A stretch of 39,417 nucleotides of DNA. It comes from a virus. Lineage: Duplodnaviria > Caudoviricetes. A program made the translations under genes and the position numbers. The notes beneath the pieces are model-generated. The model did not search any database. It was not told the DNA's origin and saw only the letters and a program-made list of their open reading frames with translations. The stretch covers positions 1 to 39,417 of IMG/VR virus record IMGVR_UViG_3300017780_004221; one strand, written 5' to 3'. This document shows positions 1 to 7,439 of the stretch, one piece after another (position 1 is the first letter of the stretch; every line of letters starts with the position of its first letter).

Positions 1-123
1 CAGGAGTACGAAATAATCGATTAACCATAATGGCAATACCAATAACACGGGCAGAATACGAAAAGAAATTCGGGAAACCTCCTGTTGCTGCGACTTCCAC
101 TGCCCCTATAAAGATTACGCGGG
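1..123. repeat. Terminal direct repeat (assembly overlap of a circular or circularly permuted genome), copy 1
   Basis: 1-123 is identical to 39295-39417 (caggagtacg...attacgcggg). The ORF 37855-39318 and the start of the ORF at 30 read across the junction. Confidence 0.97.
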
Positions 124-2666
124 CAGAGTACGAGGCAAAGTTCGGGAAACCGGCACAAGCGCAGTCCCCTACCGCAAACATCCCAGTAATAAAACAACTT
201 TCTGCGGCAGGTGTTGGTATTGGTAGCCAGATTGGTAAAGCAGGACTGGGACTTGGGCAGGCAGCACTTAAGGGTGTCGGGGCTTTAGGTAACGTACTGT
301 CTCCAGGTACTGCTGCACGATATACAGAGCCTCTCGTAAGGAATATCGAGGGCATAAAGCAGAAAGTATATACTGATCCTTTCAAGCAGCAGCTTGAGTC
401 TACATCAGGTAAAATTGGTACAGGTGTGGGAGCAATTATTCCATATGTCGCTCCAACAGGAGCAATTACGAAGGCGCAAGCAGGAATTACGGGCGCAATA
501 TCTAAGATCCCGGTCGCTGGTAATCTGGCTAAGTTTGGCAAGGGCGCGCTAGGCGTAGCTGCTAGGGCAGTTCCAGAAGCGATTGGTGCAGGAGCTGTAG
601 GACTTGCCGTATCGGGAGGCGACACAGAACGGGCGAAGCGGGACGCTCTGCTCGGAGGCGCTTTTTCAGCGGGACTTGGCACCGTTGGCGCAGTGGGACG
701 TGGAGTTAAGGATAGCGGTCTGGCCCAGAAGGTACTGTCTAAGACGACGGGTATATCCAATCCTACTTTTGAAGCAGTAAAGAAAACTGGAATTATAAAA
801 GAAGCGACACCAGAACGAGCTTTGCAAAAAGGTAGAGAAGCAGTAGTTGGACTACGAACAAAGAATACAAAAATGTGGCAAGAGAGTCTTCCAAAAATTG
901 CTGATGAATATGAAGGACTGAGGATGGGACTTACTGAAAATCAAATGAAAAACTTTGCAAAAGTTGCGGACGAGTTTGGTATCAATGAGGATCTGTTGCC
1001 GCAAAATTTAAAGAATATGTCTGCTATCGAGTCCATGAATCTAATGAAGGCATTGAACGAAATTGATGGATTGGCAGCGACCGTATCTCCAAGAGGGGCA
1101 TTGATCCGAAGTCTAAAGAAGGAATTACGACCGGAGATTATCAGGTCATTTGGAGGTGAAAAGGGTAAAGTGGCCGAACTATGGAAAAACTACGCAACGA
1201 AACAGACCATACTTGATAATATGGACTCCATCGTCAAAGCATATAAGACAAATCCTACCCAGACAGTAACTGCAAAGAACAGACTTATGGCCATATTTGA
1301 CGAGAATAAGCCAGAGTTCCTAAAGGCAGTGAAAGAGATTGAAAAGGAAATGGGTATTGACATCACTTCTGAGGTGGCATCCACGAAGTTTCAGACACTT
1401 CTGCCAAAGGGCATATTAAAGGCGGACGGTGGACTTCCTACAAAGGCGGGAATAGTGGACAAACTTGTATCGGCACTCCTAATACCATTCACAAGCCCAA
1501 GATTGGCAGGAAAACTGGCACTTCCCTCAAAGGGGACTGTCGGTGAGATAGAGGCTCGGGTTTTTGGAGACTATGGTAATACGTCCAAGAGAAGTACTAC
1601 ACCCATTACAAGCCAAGAGAGTAGTATGACTACTCCGATTGCGCCTAGTATAAACAATAATATTGATAGCATACCTGCCACTCTACAATCATCTGCAAAT
1701 AAATCAAGTTTACCTGTGGATAAACCTAAGTTTGATCCTACAAAACAAGGCGGATTCGTCTCTATCGGCAAAAGGACGGTAAAGGAGATACCTGAGACCA
1801 CTAAGGCGGAGCTGTATAACGCAATCAAGTTCCTTAAGGGAGAGAAAAGTCCGATAACTGAGTCGGATTGGACGAAACTAGCCAAGAAGTTCGAGATAAA
1901 CGAGAACCAGCCGCTTGCTTCGGTAGTTAAAAGAATTGAGACCATATTGGACAAGACAAAGACTAAGACGGTTTTGCCTAAACCTAACAAACAGGGCGGT
2001 TACATAGCGCTTCCGTCAGCCAAGGAGGCGAAGAAGTTCGTATCGGGCGTTACTCCTGCGAAGGTGGTTACGGTTGCGGCAGGCCTCGGAGCAGGCAACA
2101 GAGTCCTATCCGATCAGATGGAAAGGACCGAAAAAAAGGCATTTGAGAAGGGTACGGCCAACATGCCCGTACAAGCTCCAAAAATGCCCGTAACCAAGAG
2201 TAATGCCCCATTGCAGGCATTCGTACCAAAGAGGTATGTACCAGCCGTACAGGAGGCTGTACAGGGTACAAGAATTAAACCGGCTGAACTTGCCGCTCTC
2301 GTTAACAGCGAGAACGGATGGTGGGACGAGACGCTTGTAAACGCAACAGGCACAGACACAGGACTTGGACAACACAACGCCGCAACCTATGAGGATATCA
2401 ACCGACTTTACAAGAAAAAGTACGGAAAGAGTTATAATAGAAAGAACGGGGAGGAGAACTTGAAAGCAACCGCTCTATGGCTCGATCACCTCATGGATAG
2501 AGAAGGTATAAACAGCCTTGAAGACGCAGTTAAGGCATACAGAATCGGTGTAGCGGGGCTGATGGCGGTCAGACAAGGTAAGGGCACAGGGGCGTTTACA
2601 GAAGCCCAGTTAAGGAGCATGGCAAACGACAAGCTCAAATCTTTTAAGGAATTTCTAAACTCATAA
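30..2666 (+). CDS. Internal virion/DNA ejection protein with C-terminal lytic transglycosylase (SLT-like) domain
   Basis: 878 aa; Ala/Gly-rich helical N-half. C-terminal SLT motifs: ALVNSEN (catalytic Glu), GLGQ (GLMQ-like), AYRIG (AYNAG-like). Follows another ejection-like gene. Confidence 0.75.
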   Translation: MAIPITRAEYEKKFGKPPVAATSTAPIKITRAEYEAKFGKPAQAQSPTANIPVIKQLSAAGVGIGSQIGKAGLGLGQAALKGVGALGNVLSPGTAARYTEPLVRNIEGIKQKVYTDPFKQQLESTSGKIGTGVGAIIPYVAPTGAITKAQAGITGAISKIPVAGNLAKFGKGALGVAARAVPEAIGAGAVGLAVSGGDTERAKRDALLGGAFSAGLGTVGAVGRGVKDSGLAQKVLSKTTGISNPTFEAVKKTGIIKEATPERALQKGREAVVGLRTKNTKMWQESLPKIADEYEGLRMGLTENQMKNFAKVADEFGINEDLLPQNLKNMSAIESMNLMKALNEIDGLAATVSPRGALIRSLKKELRPEIIRSFGGEKGKVAELWKNYATKQTILDNMDSIVKAYKTNPTQTVTAKNRLMAIFDENKPEFLKAVKEIEKEMGIDITSEVASTKFQTLLPKGILKADGGLPTKAGIVDKLVSALLIPFTSPRLAGKLALPSKGTVGEIEARVFGDYGNTSKRSTTPITSQESSMTTPIAPSINNNIDSIPATLQSSANKSSLPVDKPKFDPTKQGGFVSIGKRTVKEIPETTKAELYNAIKFLKGEKSPITESDWTKLAKKFEINENQPLASVVKRIETILDKTKTKTVLPKPNKQGGYIALPSAKEAKKFVSGVTPAKVVTVAAGLGAGNRVLSDQMERTEKKAFEKGTANMPVQAPKMPVTKSNAPLQAFVPKRYVPAVQEAVQGTRIKPAELAALVNSENGWWDETLVNATGTDTGLGQHNAATYEDINRLYKKKYGKSYNRKNGEENLKATALWLDHLMDREGINSLEDAVKAYRIGVAGLMAVRQGKGTGAFTEAQLRSMANDKLKSFKEFLNS
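1571..1672 (-). CDS. Nested antisense 33-aa hydrophobic membrane peptide (MLSILLFILGAIGVVILLSWLVMGVVLLLDVLP)
   Basis: ATG at 1672, TAG at 1571. Almost entirely hydrophobic. Preceded by its own promoter-like sequence. The overlapping + frame becomes S/T/P/I/N-rich low-complexity text exactly here. Confidence 0.6.
   Translation of the reverse strand: MLSILLFILGAIGVVILLSWLVMGVVLLLDVLP
1680..1723 (-). promoter_or_regulatory. Sigma70-like promoter plus DnaA-box-like site for the nested antisense gene
   Basis: Minus strand: TTATCCACA (1715-1723), 7 nt, TTGATT (1702-1707), 16 nt, TAGAGT (1680-1685), 7 nt, ATG. Confidence 0.55.
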
Positions 2667-5600
2667 TGAACCCACAACAAATACAACCAGAGGAAGACTA
2701 TAACGGAGACATTTTAGTTGATGCCACTCTTGAACAAAACAATAAGCTTGATGAACTCAATGATACTAACGAGATACAGGCGGAGGGGGTTATAAAGACC
2801 AACGAAAAGTTGGACGATTTAAATGCGACGGCGGATTTGATATTAGAGAAAATGACAGAAGAGAAAGAGGAGCCTATTAATACAAAACTCTCTTTTGAAA
2901 TTGATGGTGCGCAAATCACGACTATTGAAGGACCAAAGGGTGACAAAGGAGATAAGGGTGATAAAGGAGATAAGGGCGAGGCTGGTTTACAAGGTAAAAC
3001 TGGCAAACAAGGTCCGAAGGGTGACAAAGGAGATAAGGGTGATACAGGAGACGCTGGACCACAGGGAATACAGGGAATACAAGGCTTTCCTGGTAAACAA
3101 GGTCCCAGAGGAATTGATGGAACAGACGGTAAAGACGGTAAGGACGGTAAGGACGCACAGGAAGTCGCCGTTGACGCTCTTGTAAAAGAAGTAAAAGACG
3201 CTTTTTCATTTGATGAGATTAAAGAAGAGATAACCAGTGTGCATAATCGTGTATCAAAGATTGCAAGCAAAACTTATTCCCTTGTTGAACTTGATGACGT
3301 CAACCTGACGGGACTTACTCAAACTAACGGAAAGTATGATTTAGGATCAGGTGGTGGGGGTGGTGCTTCGGCGTTCACTGATCTCATTGATGTACCTTCT
3401 TCTTATGCTGGTTCTGCCCTAAAGGTGGTACAGGTAAATGCAGGAGCCACAGGATTGGAATTTGTCACAATTTCAGGAGGCGGGGATGCTTTGGTAGCCA
3501 ACCCACTTTCACAATTTGCAGCAACAACCTCACTCCAGCTCAAAGGTGTTATATCTGATGAAACAGGATCTGGTGCTCTTGTTTTTGCTGATACTCCAAC
3601 ATTGGTTACACCAGTTCTAGGAGTAGCAACAGCAACTTCAATCAATGGTGCAACTATTACTTCAGGAACATTAAATGGTTCAGTAACAGGTACAAATACA
3701 GGTGACCAAACGACGATTGTAGGCATTACGGGTACAAAAGCACAATTTGATACAGCCGTTACAGATGGGAACTTCTTATATGTAGGAGATGTAACCACTA
3801 ACGCCACTCATACAGGAGAAGTTACTGGTTCAGGAGCATTAACGGTAGATAAAACGGCGATTACAAATAAAACACTTGTTACGGCAGAAGCAGGAGATAA
3901 AATCCTAATTGCAGACGTGTCTGATTCAGAAAACCTCAAGTACGTCACAGCTCAAACCATTGCTGACCTCGCCACAGGAGGAGTATCTGACGGAGATAAA
4001 GGAGACATCACTGTATCAGCATCTGGAACTGTATGGAGCATAGATAACGCAGTCGTAGACATCGCCAACCTTTCAGCTACTGGTACTCCTTCTGGAACTA
4101 CTTTTCTTCGAGGAGATAACACATGGACGACACCAGCAGTAAGCGGCGATGTATCGAAGGTCGGTACGCCAGTTGACAACCAAGTAGGTGTATGGACAGG
4201 TGATGGAACACTAGAGGGAGATACTGCTTTCACTTTTGACACTACAACAAACTTTTTAACCGCTAATGGTAACCTAAGTCTAGCAACAGGAGGTTTCCTA
4301 GGATTTACTGGGGGTACTACGGTAGATACAACAAACTACTCTTTATTTGGCAATGCCACTTTAACACTCTTAAATGCTCGTTCAGGAGGTTCAATAGGAT
4401 TTAGAGTAGCAAATACAGACGTTGCTAACTTTACAACTACTGGAGGATTTGGGTTCGGATCTACTTTTTATAACCTTGATCCAGGAGCAAACAATATGAC
4501 AGTTGAAGGCAACCTTGGTGTTGGTGCATCTGCTCCAGCAACTAAACTTGATATAAACGGAGTAACTACCTTTAGGGGGAACATAATTGCAGGTACAGAT
4601 AACACCTATGATATAGGAGCATCAGGTGCTACACGACCACGAACAGGGTACTTTGGTACAAGTGTTATTGCACCAGCAGCAACATTTGCAAACTCTCTAA
4701 CAGGTTCGTACCTTACTGCGTCAGAAATGCTTATAACAGATGGCTCAAAGAATGTGGTATCAGCACCAGTTGCTACATACCCAAGTCTAACCGAATTGTC
4801 TTATGTGAAAGGAGTTACATCAGCAATACAAACTCAATTTACGGGTAAAGCAAATACATCTGGTGCTCTCACACAATTTGTTGGAAACGGAAACTATAAG
4901 GTTTGGTATTCTGATGGTTCGGGAGATGTTATAGAACTTGCTCTTGGTGCAGACGGAACGTACCTAAAATCAAATGGAGCTTCTTCGGCACCAAGTTTTG
5001 CTACACCAGCAGGTTCAGGTGACGTTTCAAAAGTAGGAACACCAGTCAATAACCAAATAGGTGTATGGACAGGAGATGGGACAATTGAGGGAGACACTAA
5101 TCTTAACTTTGATACTTCTACGGACACATTATCTACAGTAAATTTGGCTATTACAGGAACTATTGGAGTAGATATTACTTCACCTATTGCTAAAATTGAT
5201 GTTGTTGAGAACACAACATTTCCACAAACTTTACTTGGTTTGAGAAAAGAAACAGCGGGAGATTGGGGTATTAGTCTTGGTAATGAAACGATTGCTAATC
5301 TGTATATTGGTGCGGTCGATAACTTACCAACAGTGCAGTCCCGTTATTTCTGGAGAGCAAACTACAACACTGCAGGAGTCGCTTCAAGTACATTTAGACC
5401 AGTTGATACATCTTTGACAACTATTCCAGTTGTTGAAATTCAAGGAGTAGCAAGTACAACTGCTAATTATTTTAGTGTTACTACAAGCGGAGGGTCAATG
5501 GGAGACATATTTACAATTAAGTCTTCAGGAAACGTGGGAGTAGGAACTACTTCGGCGACAACAGGAAAGATGGAAGTTGTTGGTGGGGCATCAATTCCAG

Positions 5601-6736
5601 CAGTTTTTACTACAACAGGACCAGAAATAGCAAGATTTATAGCAGATGACCAGTATGGAGGTTTTCGTGTATGTACAACAAATACAACAGACGGGACACC
5701 TTATGTATCTTTTGCTACTGGTGCAAACATAGATGGAACAAGTTACGGAACACAGAAAGCCTATATTGCGTACTGGGGAGATACAGACGCATATGCGTCT
5801 GTTGGGTATAGCTCAGGAACTCATGCAATTGTTTGGAAAACAGGAGGAGCAACAGCAGGAAACATTGGAATTGGAACAACAAGCCCAAGTGTCAAACTAG
5901 AGGTGAGCGGGGCTACCCCCTCTTTTGGGATAATAGATACAGGTGGCACAAATGAGATGTTTAATGGTGTTAACTTCTCCTTCGGAGGAGGAACCATTCA
6001 TTATGCTACAGTAGCAATTAACCGCGACCCAGGAACTGGAACTTTTGTAAATACGGGGAGGGCAGCATCACAAATTAACTTTGAAAGTGCTGTAGGAAAC
6101 GCAGATATTGCTTTCTATACACATACTTCAAACAACACAACACCACTGGAAAGAATGAGAATACTTGGAAATGGAAAAGTTGGTATTGGTGAAGTTGCCC
6201 CGTCTGCATTCTTACATGTGTTAGGCACGACTGAGCAAATCCGAACAGGATATGATGCTTCTAACTACTACTCGACTACTGTATCCTCAGCAGGAGCAGT
6301 GACGTTCAATGCAGTGGGGTCTGGATCCCTATTCACCTTTTCGGATAACGTTATTGTAACAACAGCAGGAACAGCATCAGGAAGCGTACTAACGAACGAC
6401 GGAACACAGACAGTCACAAACAAAAGGGTTACCAAGAGGACGGGGACGACTACCTCATCAGCAACTCCTACCATCAATACGGATAATGTGGATTTCTACT
6501 CAATTACGGCACAAACGGTAGACATTACATCGTTTACCACAAACCTTTCAGGAACCCCTACGGATGGTCAGACGTTATGGATTGCTATTACAGGTACAGC
6601 AGCACGAGCGATTACTTGGGGGTCTTCGTTTGAGGCTTCTACTGTTGCGCTACCGACAACAACGGTAACGACAGCACGGCTTGACGTTGGGTTCATTTGG
6701 AACGCAAGCAAGTGGAGATGTATAGCGGCGGTTTAA
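2666..6736 (+). CDS. Long tail fibre/adhesin with N-terminal collagen-like (Gly-X-Y) region
   Basis: 1356 aa; GDKGDK/GPQG collagen repeats near the N-terminus, Thr/Gly/Ser-rich beta modules, repeated GN(V/I)G(I/V)GT fibre motifs. Confidence 0.8.
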   Translation: MNPQQIQPEEDYNGDILVDATLEQNNKLDELNDTNEIQAEGVIKTNEKLDDLNATADLILEKMTEEKEEPINTKLSFEIDGAQITTIEGPKGDKGDKGDKGDKGEAGLQGKTGKQGPKGDKGDKGDTGDAGPQGIQGIQGFPGKQGPRGIDGTDGKDGKDGKDAQEVAVDALVKEVKDAFSFDEIKEEITSVHNRVSKIASKTYSLVELDDVNLTGLTQTNGKYDLGSGGGGGASAFTDLIDVPSSYAGSALKVVQVNAGATGLEFVTISGGGDALVANPLSQFAATTSLQLKGVISDETGSGALVFADTPTLVTPVLGVATATSINGATITSGTLNGSVTGTNTGDQTTIVGITGTKAQFDTAVTDGNFLYVGDVTTNATHTGEVTGSGALTVDKTAITNKTLVTAEAGDKILIADVSDSENLKYVTAQTIADLATGGVSDGDKGDITVSASGTVWSIDNAVVDIANLSATGTPSGTTFLRGDNTWTTPAVSGDVSKVGTPVDNQVGVWTGDGTLEGDTAFTFDTTTNFLTANGNLSLATGGFLGFTGGTTVDTTNYSLFGNATLTLLNARSGGSIGFRVANTDVANFTTTGGFGFGSTFYNLDPGANNMTVEGNLGVGASAPATKLDINGVTTFRGNIIAGTDNTYDIGASGATRPRTGYFGTSVIAPAATFANSLTGSYLTASEMLITDGSKNVVSAPVATYPSLTELSYVKGVTSAIQTQFTGKANTSGALTQFVGNGNYKVWYSDGSGDVIELALGADGTYLKSNGASSAPSFATPAGSGDVSKVGTPVNNQIGVWTGDGTIEGDTNLNFDTSTDTLSTVNLAITGTIGVDITSPIAKIDVVENTTFPQTLLGLRKETAGDWGISLGNETIANLYIGAVDNLPTVQSRYFWRANYNTAGVASSTFRPVDTSLTTIPVVEIQGVASTTANYFSVTTSGGSMGDIFTIKSSGNVGVGTTSATTGKMEVVGGASIPAVFTTTGPEIARFIADDQYGGFRVCTTNTTDGTPYVSFATGANIDGTSYGTQKAYIAYWGDTDAYASVGYSSGTHAIVWKTGGATAGNIGIGTTSPSVKLEVSGATPSFGIIDTGGTNEMFNGVNFSFGGGTIHYATVAINRDPGTGTFVNTGRAASQINFESAVGNADIAFYTHTSNNTTPLERMRILGNGKVGIGEVAPSAFLHVLGTTEQIRTGYDASNYYSTTVSSAGAVTFNAVGSGSLFTFSDNVIVTTAGTASGSVLTNDGTQTVTNKRVTKRTGTTTSSATPTINTDNVDFYSITAQTVDITSFTTNLSGTPTDGQTLWIAITGTAARAITWGSSFEASTVALPTTTVTTARLDVGFIWNASKWRCIAAV
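3686..4126 (+). repeat. Fibre module A, copy 1 (441 bp; copy 2 at 9234-9674)
   Basis: 147-aa TGTNTGDQ...LRGDNTW block nearly identical in both fibre genes; contains a 68-bp exact DNA match (3800-3867 = 9348-9415). Confidence 0.95.
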
Positions 6737-6745
6737 GTAAACACA

Positions 6746-7423
6746 ATGGCAATTACTGACAGCTTAATTTCATATTACAAACTAGATGAGTCATCGGGTA
6801 ATGCTGCAGACAGTGTTGGAAGTAATACACTTACAAATACAGGCACAGCAACATATTCGACGGCTAAGATAAATAATGGGGTATCTCTTAATGGTTCAAC
6901 CCAGTATCTTGTAAAGACATCCCCTACTGGAATGCCCACTGCAGGAGGTGCACGGAGCGTATCAGCATGGATAAAACCCTCTGCCTGGACGGGAGATATT
7001 GTGCAATGGGGAGATAACACGGGGTCGGGGAAACTGTTTGAGTTGTATACATACTCGAACAACAACATAACCGCAGATGTGTCGGGGGGAACCGCTAGTT
7101 TTACCGTCTCTACTATGAGCGCAGGAACCTGGTATCACATTGTCCTAACATACCCAGGAAGTGGTACGACATGGACTTTGTACTTCAACGGATCCTCACA
7201 GACCGCGACGGGTGGGACACCAAATACAGACACGGCTGCAAGCCTTTGTATAGGAAGGAACTACGAGGTTGGTGTTGGAAACTTTTCGGGGATGATAGAC
7301 GAAGTGGGAATCTGGAGCAGGGCGCTAACCTCAACCGAAGTCTCACAATTGTACAACAGCGGAACAGGCCGCCAGTACCCGTTTCCAGGACTGGATGGGG
7401 CGGGTTTCTTAGGGATGATGTAA
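6746..7423 (+). CDS. LamG/concanavalin-A-like lectin domain virion protein
   Basis: YYKLDESSG, SVSAWIKP, WYHIVLTY, LYFNG, FSGMIDEVGIWSRALTSTEVSQLYN are typical Laminin_G_3 motifs. Confidence 0.85.
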   Translation: MAITDSLISYYKLDESSGNAADSVGSNTLTNTGTATYSTAKINNGVSLNGSTQYLVKTSPTGMPTAGGARSVSAWIKPSAWTGDIVQWGDNTGSGKLFELYTYSNNNITADVSGGTASFTVSTMSAGTWYHIVLTYPGSGTTWTLYFNGSSQTATGGTPNTDTAASLCIGRNYEVGVGNFSGMIDEVGIWSRALTSTEVSQLYNSGTGRQYPFPGLDGAGFLGMM

Positions 7424-7439
7424 AATATGTAAAGGTAAT

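Noticed and set aside
1-123. Biological terminal repeat of the packaged DNA
   Set aside because: It cuts across two coding genes and looks like an assembler overlap. A PBSX-type terminase suggests headful packaging.
1673-1990. Full 139-aa antisense ORF 1571-1990
   Set aside because: Only the last 33 codons have a promoter and coherent composition. The rest mirrors the sense gene and runs through the promoter.
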